Both the position numbers and the translations under genes were made by a program. Source: an uncultured bacterium (lineage in GTDB: Bacteria; Armatimonadota; Hebobacteria; Hebobacterales; Hebobacteraceae). Taken from it: DNA of 64,000 nt. The notes under the pieces were generated by a model. The model was not told where the DNA came from and ran no database searches. It saw only the letters and a program-made list of their open reading frames with translations. Numbering within the stretch: the first letter of the stretch is position 1; every line of letters starts with the position of its first letter. This document shows, in pieces, positions 39,242 to 50,811 of this stretch. The stretch is taken from positions 8,727 through 72,726 of the forward strand of contig CAYLPT010000188.1 in the NCBI GenBank assembly GCA_964385645.1, in the 5' to 3' direction.

Positions 39242-40108
39242 ATGCCGAGAGTGGCCGGCATCAGCTTCCGAAGAGCGGGGGCGACGCAGTACTGCGACGC
39301 CCAGCAGCTCACACTTGAGCCCGGCGACTGGGTCGTCGTGCGCACCGCGCGCGGCGCAGAGCTGGGGCAGGTAAGGGTACCCCCGGCCGATGTGCCCGAG
39401 TCGGCGGTGCACGAGGAGCTGCCGCCGATCGTGCGCAAGGCGACCGAGGACGACCTGCGCCGGGCGCGCGACAACGTCGCGCGGGAACAGGAGGCGATGC
39501 AGGTTGCGGCCCGCAAGATCGCCGAGCACGGGCTGCCCATGAAGCTCATCGAGGCCGAGCGCACCCTGGACGGGGGGCGCATAGTGCTGCACTTCAGCGC
39601 GGAAGGCCGGGTGGACTTTCGCGCCCTGGTGAGGGATCTGGCGCGGACGCTCCGCACGCGGGTGGAGCTCCACCAGGTCGGTGTTCGAGATGAGGCCAAG
39701 ATGCTCGGCGGACTGGGCCACTGCGGCCGGCCGCTGTGCTGCGTCACCTTCCTGACCTGCTTCGACCCGGTGGGCATCAAGATGGCGAAAGAGCAAGACC
39801 TCTCGCTGAACCCCCAGAAGATCTCGGGGGTGTGCGGCCGGCTGATGTGCTGCCTCGGCTTCGAGTACGCCCACTATCGGGAGGCCAAGCAATGCCTCCC
39901 CAGGGTGGGAAGCCGGGTGGAGACCGAGCAAGGGCCAGGGAAGGTGGTGGACATCAACGTCCTGCAGGGGCGGGTGACGGTCAGCCTGGACGAGGGCGGG
40001 AGGATCGAGCTGCCCACCGAGGCCCTGGCGCGGCACCGGGAGGGCTGCCCGCACTTGAGTGCCGCCCGGGGCGAGGATCAGCACCCGACCGGCGTGAAGG
40101 ACTCCTGA
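39242..40108 (+). CDS. PSP1 domain protein (YaaT/RicT-like)
   Basis: RVDFRALVRDLARTLRTRVELHQVGVRDEAKMLGGLGHCGRPLCC..QKISGVCGRLMCCL. Confidence 0.8.
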   Translation: MPRVAGISFRRAGATQYCDAQQLTLEPGDWVVVRTARGAELGQVRVPPADVPESAVHEELPPIVRKATEDDLRRARDNVAREQEAMQVAARKIAEHGLPMKLIEAERTLDGGRIVLHFSAEGRVDFRALVRDLARTLRTRVELHQVGVRDEAKMLGGLGHCGRPLCCVTFLTCFDPVGIKMAKEQDLSLNPQKISGVCGRLMCCLGFEYAHYREAKQCLPRVGSRVETEQGPGKVVDINVLQGRVTVSLDEGGRIELPTEALARHREGCPHLSAARGEDQHPTGVKDS

Positions 40109-40141
40109 GGGGCCCAGAGAACCTGGGGGGTCGCGTCGAGG

Positions 40142-40171
40142 GCCGAGCGCCGAGGGCCGGTGGCGCTCGGC
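40142..40171 (+). terminator. 10-bp GC hairpin after the PSP1 gene (no U-tract)
   Basis: GCCGAGCGCC-n10-GGCGCTCGGC. It lacks a U-run, so terminator function is uncertain. Confidence 0.25.
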
Positions 40172-40199
40172 TCGCCGGGAAGACCACAGGAGGGCTGAC

Positions 40200-41192
40200 A
40201 TGCCGAAGAAGGTGAAGCTCGGGCTGATCGGTTGCGGCGGGATCATCCACATGCACCTCAACCAGCTCAAGGCGGTCAAGGCCGCCCAGGTCGCAGCGAT
40301 GGCCGACCCCAGCGAGGCCAGCCTGGCGCGGGTCATCCAGCATTACCCGGAGCTGGCCAAGGTCCCCTGCTTCAAGGACCACCGGGAGATGCTGGACTCC
40401 GTTGACCTGGACGGGGTGATCATCGCCTCTCCGCACACGCTGCACCGCGAGCACATCATGGACTCCCTCGACCGGGGCCTGCACGTGCTGTGCGAGAAGC
40501 CCCTGGTGTGCTCGGTGGCGGACGCGAAGGCCGTCATCACGAAGGCGAACCGCAAGCAGCGGATCCTCATGCTGGCCTACCAGCGGCACTTCTCGCCGGC
40601 CTTCCGCTACGCCCGGGAGCTCGTTCAGTCGGGCAAGCTTGGCAAGGTCACCTTCATCGCCGCCCTCCAGGCCCAGCAGTGGCTCCGCGCCACCCGAGGA
40701 AGCTGGCGGCAGGACCCGGCCCTCAGCGGCGGGGGCCAGCTGAACGACTCCGGCAGCCACCTGCTCGACATCATGCTCTGGGTCACCGACCTCACGCCGG
40801 CCCGCGTCTACGCCGAGATTGACAACCGCGGCTCCCAGGTGGACATCCTGTCGGCGCTCTCGGTGCGCTTCAAGGGAGGGGCCATCGGGAGCCTCGCCAT
40901 CGTCGGGGACGCGCCGAACTGGTGGGAGGACGTCACCTTCTACTGTGAGGAGGGCGCCCTCTATGTGCGCAACAACCGGGTGCTGCTCCAGGCTGTTGCG
41001 GGGAAGGGCGAGACCAAGGACGTCACCGAGCGCCTGCGCTACAGGGGCGACGCGGACAAGAACTTCGTGGACTCGATCCTGGGCCGGGACGAGCCCCAGA
41101 CCCCGGCCATCTGCGGCCTGCGCGTGATCCAGCTCACGGAGGCGGCCTGGGAGTCGGGCAAGACCGGTCTGCCCGCGAAGGTGAAGACCTGA
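40200..41192 (+). CDS. Gfo/Idh/MocA-family NAD(P)-dependent oxidoreductase
   Basis: KLGLIGCGGIIHMH Rossmann N-terminus, EKPL motif (CEKPLVC). SD AGGAGGG. Confidence 0.8.
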   Translation: MPKKVKLGLIGCGGIIHMHLNQLKAVKAAQVAAMADPSEASLARVIQHYPELAKVPCFKDHREMLDSVDLDGVIIASPHTLHREHIMDSLDRGLHVLCEKPLVCSVADAKAVITKANRKQRILMLAYQRHFSPAFRYARELVQSGKLGKVTFIAALQAQQWLRATRGSWRQDPALSGGGQLNDSGSHLLDIMLWVTDLTPARVYAEIDNRGSQVDILSALSVRFKGGAIGSLAIVGDAPNWWEDVTFYCEEGALYVRNNRVLLQAVAGKGETKDVTERLRYRGDADKNFVDSILGRDEPQTPAICGLRVIQLTEAAWESGKTGLPAKVKT

Positions 41193-41195
41193 GCG

Positions 41196-42311
41196 TCAGC
41201 CCTCTCTCCCGAGCGCGTCCCGAACCCGGGAGAACCAGCTCCGGCCCTCCTCGACCTCGTCGCCGCTCTCGCGGGCGAACTCCTCGAGCAGCTTGCGCTG
41301 CCGCTCGGTGAGCCGGGTCGGAGTGACGACGCGGACGGTGACGTACTCGTTGCCCAGCTCCCCGGTGCGGACGTCGGGCAGCCCCGCGCCGCGGAGGGTG
41401 AAGGTCTCGCCGGTCTGGGTCCCCGGCGGCACCCGGAGCTGCTCCTCGCCGTGGAGGGTCGGGACGGCCACCGTGCCCCCCAGGGCGGCCACCGGGAAGG
41501 GGATCGGCGCTTCGCAGTAGACGTCTCGGCCGCGGCGCTCAAAGAGCTCGTGTGGCTGCACGTGGACGACCACGTACAGGTCGCCCGCGGGCGCGCCACG
41601 CGGTCCGGCTTCGCCCTTCCCCTCCAGCCGCAGGGACACGCCGTCCTCTACGCCTGGGGGCGCCTTCACCGTGATCTGGGCCTCCTGAAGCCGTCGGCCC
41701 GAGCCCCGGCAGGCGGGGCAAGGGTCGGATACCACCATGCCCTCGCCGCCACAGCGCGAGCAGGTGGCCACCGTCGCCAGCCGGCCCAGAGGCGTAGACT
41801 GCACTTGCTGGGTCTGGCCCGCGCCCCCGCACGTGGGGCAGAGGACCCGCTCGGACCGTGAGGCGCTCCCCGTGCCCCCGCAGCGGTCACACTCACCACG
41901 GCGCTCCAGGAGCAACGTCCGCTCTACGCCCGAGGCGACCTCCTCCAGGGTGATCTCCAGGTCATAGCGGAGATCGGCGCCTCGGGCTGGGCCGCGGCGC
42001 CGGCCGGCGCGGGGCCGACCGAAGAAGGCCTCGAACAGGTCACCGAAACCGCCGAGCTCGTCCCACACGGCGCCGGTGGCGCCCACTTGGCCGTAGTGGT
42101 CGTACTGGGCGCGGCGGTCGGGGTCGCGCAGGACCTCGTAGGCCTCGGCTATCTCCTTGAAGCGCGCCTCGGCCTGGGGATCGCCGGGGTTGACGTCGGG
42201 GTGGTGTTTGCGGGCGAGGCGGCGGAAGGCCCGCTTGATCTCGTCCTGCGAAGCCCCCCTGCCCACGCCCAGAACCTCGTAGTAGTCGCGTTTCTGGGCC
42301 ATCAAGCTCAC
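41196..42311 (-). CDS. dnaJ: chaperone DnaJ
   Basis: J-domain ([11 protein letters not shown]), G-rich linker, four CxxCxGxG zinc motifs. Confidence 0.95.
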   Translation of the reverse strand: MSLMAQKRDYYEVLGVGRGASQDEIKRAFRRLARKHHPDVNPGDPQAEARFKEIAEAYEVLRDPDRRAQYDHYGQVGATGAVWDELGGFGDLFEAFFGRPRAGRRRGPARGADLRYDLEITLEEVASGVERTLLLERRGECDRCGGTGSASRSERVLCPTCGGAGQTQQVQSTPLGRLATVATCSRCGGEGMVVSDPCPACRGSGRRLQEAQITVKAPPGVEDGVSLRLEGKGEAGPRGAPAGDLYVVVHVQPHELFERRGRDVYCEAPIPFPVAALGGTVAVPTLHGEEQLRVPPGTQTGETFTLRGAGLPDVRTGELGNEYVTVRVVTPTRLTERQRKLLEEFARESGDEVEEGRSWFSRVRDALGREG

Positions 42312-42317
42312 CCGGCG

Positions 42318-42557
42318 CTACTGGGCTTCGTCGTCGGGCTTCTCCTCCCGGACGCGTACCTTGCCGGTGGCGATCTCCTCCAGCGCCCGCTTGATGAGCC
42401 CGCCGCCGGCCGGCTCGAGGGCGCTCTCGATGCGCTCCTTCAGGTCCCGCGCACGCTTAGCGACGCCCACGACCAGCGCGTAGCGGCCCATCCTCTTGGC
42501 GAGCACGTCAATCACCTGCGTCTCCCTGCTGGCGTCAGAACCAGATGGCGCTCTCAT
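42318..42557 (-). CDS. rpoZ: RNA polymerase omega-subunit-like protein (likely true start GTG 42515, 65 aa)
   Basis: VIDVLAKRMGRYALVVGVAKRARDL matches the omega core (..NRYxLVxxAAKRARxL). GGGAG lies 6 nt before the GTG at 42515. The ATG at 42557 has no SD. Confidence 0.55.
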   Translation of the reverse strand: MRAPSGSDASRETQVIDVLAKRMGRYALVVGVAKRARDLKERIESALEPAGGGLIKRALEEIATGKVRVREEKPDDEAQ

Positions 42558-42591
42558 GGTCTCACGGTCCGGGGGGAACGGCCTCCTGAGT

Positions 42592-42621
42592 ACTATACGT
42601 ATCCGGCGACTACCCTGTCAA
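42592..42621 (-). promoter_or_regulatory. promoter TTGACA-N18-TATAGT for rpoZ-like/dnaJ
   Basis: Minus strand, located immediately after the rnhB stop. Confidence 0.5.
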
Positions 42622-42632
42622 GCGCCGCCCGC

Positions 42633-43265
42633 TCACGCCCCCTCCAGGGGCAGCCGCGCGTGCAGCCGCGCGCGCACCGGCTCGTAGCTGAGCCGGTGCG
42701 CGGGGCTCGGGCCCAACTCCTCGATGCGAGCGAGGTGATAGCGCGTCCCATAGCCCTTGTGCCTCCCGAACCCGTAGCCGGGGTAGCGCGCGTCCAGCTC
42801 CTGCATGATGCGGTCGCGCGTCACCTTGGCGATGATGGAGGCGGCGGCGATGGAGGCGCACTTGCGGTCGCCCCCCACGATCGCCCGCTGGGGAAGCGAC
42901 GCTCCGGGCCACCCCCGCCCGTCCACGATCAGCAGCGCCGGCACCACGCTCAGTCGGGAGACCGCCTCCCTCATCGCCATGTGCGTCGCCTGCCGGATGT
43001 TCACCCGGTCAATGGCCCGGGCGTCGGTGACGCCGATGCCCACCGAGAGCGCGCGCCGACCGATCAACTCATACAGGCGCTCCCGGCGCCGCTCGTCCAG
43101 CAGCTTCGAGTCGGCCAGCCCCGGGAGCCGGCACGGGCACGGCAGGACCACCGCCGCTGCCACCACCGGCCCCGCCAGGGGGCCCACTCCGGCCTCGTCC
43201 ACGCCGGCGATGACGCCGAATCCCTGGCGCATCAGCTCGCGCTCGATTCTCCAGAGCCCGCGCAC
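42633..43265 (-). CDS. rnhB: ribonuclease HII
   Basis: IAGVDEAGVGPLAGPVVAAAVVL, ADSKLL, ASIIAKVTRD. Confidence 0.9.
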   Translation of the reverse strand: MRGLWRIERELMRQGFGVIAGVDEAGVGPLAGPVVAAAVVLPCPCRLPGLADSKLLDERRRERLYELIGRRALSVGIGVTDARAIDRVNIRQATHMAMREAVSRLSVVPALLIVDGRGWPGASLPQRAIVGGDRKCASIAAASIIAKVTRDRIMQELDARYPGYGFGRHKGYGTRYHLARIEELGPSPAHRLSYEPVRARLHARLPLEGA

Positions 43266-43286
43266 AGTGGCGCCCTTCCCGCCTCC

Positions 43287-44012
43287 TCAGCGCTGCGCGA
43301 CGATAGCCTCCGGGGCCAGCTCGACCTGCCGGCTGTCGCCCACCAGCCCTATCCGGGTGGGCGGCCAGAACACGACCATCGCCTTGCCGAGCACCCGGGA
43401 GGCCTCCAGATCGGGGCGGCGCTCCCCGGTCTGGGGGTCCCGCCAGCGGTGGGCGTCGTTGCTGTCCACCCGGTTGTCGCCGAGCACGAAGTAGCAGCCC
43501 GGGGGCACCTGGTAGGGCTCCTTCGTGGGCCGGCCGAGGTCGTCGAGAGGCCAGTCGTAGTCGGGCAGGGGTATGCCGGGAGGCTCCTCGAGCCGGCGGC
43601 CGTTGACGTAGACGCCGTCGTAGCGCCGGATGGCGATCTGGTCGCCGGGCAGGCCGATGAGGCGCTTCACGAAGTCCTTCTTGTCAACCCCGGGCTCGAG
43701 CGCCTGGGGCGGGGCCTGGAAGACGACGATGTCGCCCCGCCGGGGCGGGTTGAGCCGGTAGATGAACTTGTTGACGAGGATGCGGTCGCCGGGGGCGAGG
43801 GTGGGGAACATCGAGTTTGAGGGGATGAAGAAGGCCTGCAGGACGAAGGGGCGGATGAGCAGGAACACGAGCACGAAGGCGATGAGGCCAGAGTCGAGCA
43901 GCTCCACCATGAAGGACCGCGCGGGGGCCTGTCGCCACAGCCCCCAGAGGATGCGGAGGAAGGCGAGGAGCGCGATGAGGGCGGCGATCTTCCAGGGCTG
44001 ATCGAGCGTCAT
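43287..44012 (-). CDS. lepB: signal peptidase I
   Basis: IPSNSMFPTL (catalytic Ser box), GDRILVNK, RGDIVVF, GDNRVDSNDA. Confidence 0.9.
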   Translation of the reverse strand: MTLDQPWKIAALIALLAFLRILWGLWRQAPARSFMVELLDSGLIAFVLVFLLIRPFVLQAFFIPSNSMFPTLAPGDRILVNKFIYRLNPPRRGDIVVFQAPPQALEPGVDKKDFVKRLIGLPGDQIAIRRYDGVYVNGRRLEEPPGIPLPDYDWPLDDLGRPTKEPYQVPPGCYFVLGDNRVDSNDAHRWRDPQTGERRPDLEASRVLGKAMVVFWPPTRIGLVGDSRQVELAPEAIVAQR

Positions 44013-44013
44013 G

Positions 44014-44361
44014 CTAGGCGCGCCGATCCTCCTTGATCCTCGCCGCCCGCCCGACGCGCCCCCGCAGGTAGTAGAGCTTCGCCCGCCTCACCCGGCCCCG
44101 CCGCAGGACCTTCACGCTCTCCAGCCGCGGGGAGTGCAGCAGGAAGGTGCGCTCCACGCCCACGCCGTGGGTAACCCGGCGCACGGTGAAGCTCTCGCTC
44201 AGGCCCCGGCGCCGCCGCGCGATGACCACCCCCTGGAAGGGCTGCGAGCGCTCGCGGTCGCCCTCGACGACGCGCACCGTCACCCGCACCAGGTCCCCAG
44301 GTCCGAACTCGGGCGCCTCCTCCTTGGCCTGCGCGCGCTCCAGCTCCTCAATGACACCCAT
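44014..44361 (-). CDS. rplS: 50S ribosomal protein L19
   Basis: [38 protein letters not shown]...GVERTF..HSP. SD GGAGAGG lies 6 nt before the ATG at 44361. Confidence 0.9.
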   Translation of the reverse strand: MGVIEELERAQAKEEAPEFGPGDLVRVTVRVVEGDRERSQPFQGVVIARRRRGLSESFTVRRVTHGVGVERTFLLHSPRLESVKVLRRGRVRRAKLYYLRGRVGRAARIKEDRRA

Positions 44362-44377
44362 GGCTTGCCTCTCCTGC

Positions 44378-44405
44378 AGAAAACCTGGCGATGGTCCTCG
44401 CCAGG
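44378..44405 (-). terminator. terminator-like hairpin + UUUUCU inside the rplS 5' leader (candidate attenuator)
   Basis: CCUGGCGA-ggacca-UCGCCAGG followed by UUUUCU, then the SD. It lies between the predicted promoter (44431-44460) and the ATG. Confidence 0.5.
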
Positions 44406-44430
44406 GAAGCGACGGGGCCCGACGAGCGGG

Positions 44431-44460
44431 ATTATAGCACACCCGCGCCTCCCCGCGCAA
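44431..44460 (-). promoter_or_regulatory. promoter TTGCGC-N18-(TGc)TATAAT for rplS
   Basis: Perfect -10 with an extended TG, read on the minus strand. Confidence 0.55.
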
Positions 44461-44565
44461 CCGCCGCGCGCGCCAGGAGCACGTGACCGAGCCGGCGCTG
44501 AGGTAGGGCAGGCTCCGAGCCAGCCCCTGCGCGGGGGCCGCGGATGGGCAGGGCGCCTACGCCGC

Positions 44566-45177
44566 TCAGTGCACCGTGCGACGCACGCTGGCCTCGTTCA
44601 GGTCGGTGACCCCCGGGCCGTGGTGCGGGATGCGCACCAGCAGATGCTGGTCGCTGAGGTTGGCGACGAAGAACAGCACACCCTTGCGGACCCCCAGCAG
44701 CGGCTCCGCCAGGTCGCTGTCCACCTTGAGCTTGAAGAAGATCGGCAGCACCCCGGGCCGGTAGGCCCCCACCACCAGGGGACCCTCCTCCGTGCCGCCC
44801 CGCCGGCTCCAGTGGTAGACGAAGATGTCCTCTCGCTTGAGCAGCCCGTCCCAGTCGTAGATGGCCATCAGGCTGATCTCGTGCGTGTCCGCCGTCTCGG
44901 GCGCGAGCGCGATCTTGTAGATGGAGTCGAACACCTCCCGCCCCTCGCGCGTGCCGCAGAACTGATAGCGAAACCCCGACCCCACCGCGCCCGAGAACTC
45001 CTCGGGCAGATCGCGGAACTCATAGTAGCAGCCCCGGTCGGACAGCACCACCCGAACCAGGTCGTTGGCGTACACCCTGCCCTCGCCGACCTGGTCCTTG
45101 ATGTAGTCAATCATCACCTGATACTCAGGCCGGCCCTGGCTGCGCATCAGCGGCAGGTCCGACTCTCTCCACTCCAT
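44566..45177 (-). CDS. cytoplasmic protein of unknown function (203 aa)
   Basis: Clean ORF with normal codon bias. No signal peptide or TM helix and no motif I recognise. Confidence 0.55.
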   Translation of the reverse strand: MEWRESDLPLMRSQGRPEYQVMIDYIKDQVGEGRVYANDLVRVVLSDRGCYYEFRDLPEEFSGAVGSGFRYQFCGTREGREVFDSIYKIALAPETADTHEISLMAIYDWDGLLKREDIFVYHWSRRGGTEEGPLVVGAYRPGVLPIFFKLKVDSDLAEPLLGVRKGVLFFVANLSDQHLLVRIPHHGPGVTDLNEASVRRTVH

Positions 45178-45324
45178 TGCGGCCGTCCTTTCCGGAACCC
45201 GCCTCCCAGCAGCATGATACCCGAACGGCTCGGCCCGCTACCCTGCTCGATGTCTCCGGGGGGTATGTACCACGATCACGGTCGCGTCCAGGCGCCAAAG
45301 CGCGCCTGGTGTGTGCAGCCCCGT

Positions 45325-45350
45325 TTGCCAGGTCGAGCCTGTGGTATACT
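45325..45350 (+). promoter_or_regulatory. extended -10 promoter (TGgTATACT) with a weak TTGCCA at short spacing, for the M48 peptidase gene
   Basis: The -10 lies 22 nt upstream of the ATG at 45373. SD GGAAGGG lies between them. Confidence 0.45.
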
Positions 45351-45372
45351 GGGCACAGGGAAGGGTTAGAGC

Positions 45373-46551
45373 ATGAGCCCTATGCGTCTGTTGCCGCTGG
45401 CGCTGCTGCTGTGCCTGGCGGGCCTGGCGCCCGCGCGGCCTGCCGTCGCCTCCGAGGCGCCGCCGGAGCAGGTGGAGGCGCCGCCCGAGCTGACGCCGGA
45501 GGAGAAGGCCGACGCCGAACTGGGCAAGGCCGCCGCCGAGGAGGTCGAGAAGGCCTACACGGTGGTCAAGGACTCGCCGGCGGTCGCCCGAATCGAGGCC
45601 ATCGTGGAGACGCTCCGCCCGGTCACCGAGCGGCCCCACCAGCGCTATCAGGTGGCGATCATCGAGAGCGACGCGATCAACGCCTTCGCGCTCCCCGGCG
45701 GATACCTGTACTTCACCCAGGGCCTGCTGGAGGCCGTCGAGTCGGAGGATGAGCTTGCCGCGGTCGTCGCCCACGAGATGGCCCACGTCGCGCTGAGCCA
45801 CTCCCGCCGGCTGATGAGCAGGGACGAGCGCTACGCGCGCGTCCTCACCCCCATCATCCTGGCCTCCGTGCTGACTCGACCCCAGGGCGTTGATCCGGGC
45901 AAGATCGCCCTCGTGGGCAGCCTGCTCGTGCAGGACGCGCTGAGCCACTACGGGCGGGAGGCGGAGCTGGAGGCCGACCGCGCGGCGGTGCAGTACCTGT
46001 ATGAGAGCGGGAAGTACCACCCCGTGGCCGTCCTCACCGTCGTGGAGGGCCTGACGCGGATCGAGGCCGCCCAGCACCGGCCGGACATGGGCGTATTCCA
46101 GACTCACCCCGAGGGCAGAGAGCGTGTGGCCTCGGTCCTCGCGCGGCTGGATGAGCTGGAGGTGCCCATCGAGCGCCGCCGCGTCACCCGTTCCCTGGTC
46201 GCCTCCGCCGCCGCCGTCCGGACGGGCGAGGCCGAGATCGGCGAGCTGCGGCTCAACGACCACGTGGTCTTTCAGCCGGCGGTCGAGCTCCAGGGCCGGG
46301 CGCCGGCGGCGCGGGCGCAAGAGAGCGCGGAGGCGCTCAACGCGCTGCTGCTCGCCAATCTCCAGCTCCTGGAGATCTCGCGCGTCGACCAGGGGGAGGC
46401 AGTTGCCTTCGTGGCCCGGGGCGAGACGCTGCTGACGATCACGCCGGCCGACGCGGAGTTCCATGGGGAGAGCGTCGCCTCGCTCGCGGACCGGGCGCTC
46501 ACGGCGATCCGCCGGGGCTTCCACGAGGAGCGGGTCCGCCGGGCCTACTGA
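45373..46551 (+). CDS. exported M48-family zinc metallopeptidase
   Basis: Signal peptide MSPMRLLPLALLLCLAGLAPARPAVA. HExxH: AVVAHEMAHVALSH. Confidence 0.8.
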   Translation: MSPMRLLPLALLLCLAGLAPARPAVASEAPPEQVEAPPELTPEEKADAELGKAAAEEVEKAYTVVKDSPAVARIEAIVETLRPVTERPHQRYQVAIIESDAINAFALPGGYLYFTQGLLEAVESEDELAAVVAHEMAHVALSHSRRLMSRDERYARVLTPIILASVLTRPQGVDPGKIALVGSLLVQDALSHYGREAELEADRAAVQYLYESGKYHPVAVLTVVEGLTRIEAAQHRPDMGVFQTHPEGRERVASVLARLDELEVPIERRRVTRSLVASAAAVRTGEAEIGELRLNDHVVFQPAVELQGRAPAARAQESAEALNALLLANLQLLEISRVDQGEAVAFVARGETLLTITPADAEFHGESVASLADRALTAIRRGFHEERVRRAY

Positions 46552-46578
46552 GGCCGACGGGACCCGCGGGGGGATTCC

Positions 46579-47613
46579 TCAGCGCGTGTAGCCCGAGGAG
46601 GCCTCGGTGGGCGCGGACACGAGGCCGGCGGGGACCTTGTCGAGCAGATCGAGGTACAGCCCGGTGCCGACGGCGACGCAGGTGAGCGGGTCCTCGGCGA
46701 CGTGGACTGGCACATCGGTCTGGGCTTCGATGAGCCGGTCGAGGCCCCGCAGCAGCGCACCACCGCCGGTGAGCGTGATGCCCTTCTCGACGATGTCAGC
46801 GGCCAGCTCGGGGGGAGTGCGCTCGAGCACCGCGCGCACCCGCTCGACGAGGGCGGCGACAGGCTCGGCAAGCGCCTCCCGCACCTCCTCGGAGCTGATC
46901 TCGACGGTCTTGGGCAGCCCGCTGACGGCATCGCGGCCCTTCACGGTCATGCTGCTCTCGTTGGGAAGGGGATAGGCGGAGCCGATCCTGATCTTCACCT
47001 CCTCCGCGGTTCGCTCGCCCACCACCAGGTTGTAGGCGCGCTTGATCTGGCGGACGATCATGGCGTCCATCTCCGCGCCGCCGATGCGGATGGACTCGCT
47101 GAGGACGATGCCGCCGAGGGAGATGACCGCGATGTCGGTGGTGCCGCCGCCCACGTCCACGACCAGGTGACCGGTCGGGGCGGTGACCTCGAGGCCGGCG
47201 CCGATGGCCCCGGCCATGGGCTCCTCGATGGGGATGGCGCGCTTGGCGCCGGCCGCCAGCGCGGCCTCCACCACCGCCCGCTTCTCGACGCTGGTGGCGC
47301 CCGAGGGCACGCAGATGCACACCTGGGGCCGGAAGAAGCGCCGCCTGCCGCACACCCGGACCAGCAGATGCCGGAGCATCTTCTGGGTGATCGTGAAGTT
47401 CGCGATCACCCCGTCCTGAAGCGGCCTCACGGCCTCGATCGGCCCCGGCGTGCGGCCGATCATGTCCCGCGCTTCCTCGCCCATGGCCACGATCTCGCCG
47501 TTTGACACCGCGACAACGGAGGGCTCGCGCACCACGATCCCCCGCCCCTTCACGTACACCAGCAGGTTCGACGTGCCCAGGTCTATCCCGACCGCTTTGC
47601 CCATGCCGAGCAT
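46579..47613 (-). CDS. mreB: rod-shape-determining actin homolog MreB/Mbl
   Basis: GIDLGTSNLLVY, IEEPMAGAIGAGL, VVDVGGGTTDIAV, LTGGGALLRGLD. Confidence 0.95.
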   Translation of the reverse strand: MLGMGKAVGIDLGTSNLLVYVKGRGIVVREPSVVAVSNGEIVAMGEEARDMIGRTPGPIEAVRPLQDGVIANFTITQKMLRHLLVRVCGRRRFFRPQVCICVPSGATSVEKRAVVEAALAAGAKRAIPIEEPMAGAIGAGLEVTAPTGHLVVDVGGGTTDIAVISLGGIVLSESIRIGGAEMDAMIVRQIKRAYNLVVGERTAEEVKIRIGSAYPLPNESSMTVKGRDAVSGLPKTVEISSEEVREALAEPVAALVERVRAVLERTPPELAADIVEKGITLTGGGALLRGLDRLIEAQTDVPVHVAEDPLTCVAVGTGLYLDLLDKVPAGLVSAPTEASSGYTR

Positions 47614-48965
47614 CTAGCTCCCCTCCCCCGCGGGCGCGTCGCCCGCGTCAGTCTCTTCCCCGCCCACCGGCGCCATCTCTGCGCCCAGCGCGCGCAGCTT
47701 TCCCTCCAGATCCTCATAGCCGCGCGCCACGAACCTCCTGCCGCGCACTATGCTCTCTCCCTCCGCGCCGAGGGCCGCCACCACGAGGGCGGCCGCGTCG
47801 CGGATGTTCCTGCCTTCCACGGCCGCCCCCCGGAGCCCTGGCACGCCGTGCACCACGGCAGTGCGCGGGCCCCGCAATTCGATGCGCGCCCCCATCTTCG
47901 CCAGTTGCTCGACATGCTGGAGCCGCCGGTCGAAGATGCCCTCCGTGATCGTGCTCGCGCCCTCCGCGGTCGCCAGGACCGCCGCCAGCGGCGGCTGAAG
48001 GTCGGTCGGGAAGCCTGGATAGGGTGCGGTGACCACCGTCACCGCACCGGGCCGCCTGGCGCACGCCGCTCGCACCCCCTCCGGGGTCTCGGACACCTCG
48101 ACCCCCGCCTCCCGCAGGACCTCGCAGACCGCCGCCAGCTCCCGCATCGAGACGCCCTCGGCCACCACCTCGCCCCGGGTAGCGACGCCGGCGCACAGCA
48201 GCGTGCCGGCCTCAAGCCGGTCGCCGTTCACGGCGTGCGCGGTCCCCGCGAGGGAGGGGACGCCGTGGACGACCAGGCTCGGCCCGCCCACCCCCTCGAT
48301 GCGCGCCCCGGCGGCGCGCAGGAAGGAGCAGAAGGAGACCACGTCCGGCTCCTCCGAGGCGCCCTCGATCAGTGTCGTGCCTCTGGCCAGCGCGGCCGCC
48401 ATGAGCAAGCTGAAGGTCGCCCCTGGACTCCGGTAGCGGGGGTCGAGCGCCACCCGGCCCCCAACCAGCTCCTTCGCCCAGGCCTCGATCCGGCCCTTGC
48501 GGGCCCGCGCCTCGAGGCCGAGGGCCTCCAGCCCGGAGAGGATGTAGTCCACCGGCCGCTCGCCGATGTCGCACCCACCTGGCAGCGGGACTTCGACACA
48601 CCCCAGGCGCGCGACGATGGGGGCAAGCAGGTAGTGTGAGGCGCGCATGAGCCTCACCAGGTCGGCCGGGGCGCGGTGGGTGGTCAGCCCCCGGTTGACG
48701 ATTCGCAGGCCGCCGTCGGGCGTCTCTCCGACCTCGAGGCCGAAGGCCCGCAGCAGCGCCAGCATGGTGTCTACGTCGGCGATGCGGGGCACGTTGTAGA
48801 GGGTCGTCTCGCCGTCCAGCAGGAGCGCGGCGGCCAGCGTCGGCAGGGAGCCGTTCTTGCTCCCGGAGACGCGCACCCGGCCGTGCAGAGGCCGACCGCC
48901 GGCGATCCGCCAGCCTGCTGCCGCCGACTGCGCGGGCGTCGTCGCTCCTGTGCGCTCGGGCCTGC

Positions 48966-48969
<4 letters not shown>
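47614..48969 (-). CDS. murA: UDP-N-acetylglucosamine 1-carboxyvinyltransferase
   Basis: GRVRVSGSKNGSLP, the active-site loop (GGCDIGERPVD), FPTDLQ. The TTG start follows GGGAGG and overlaps the atpC stop (TTGA). Confidence 0.85.

Positions 48970-50811
<1,842 letters not shown>

Noticed and set aside
42582-42587. A perfect AGGAGG right after the predicted rpoZ/dnaJ TSS, considered as the SD for a hidden small ORF.
   Set aside because: There is no ATG/GTG/TTG within 5-12 nt downstream. The only nearby GTG opens a 3-codon ORF.
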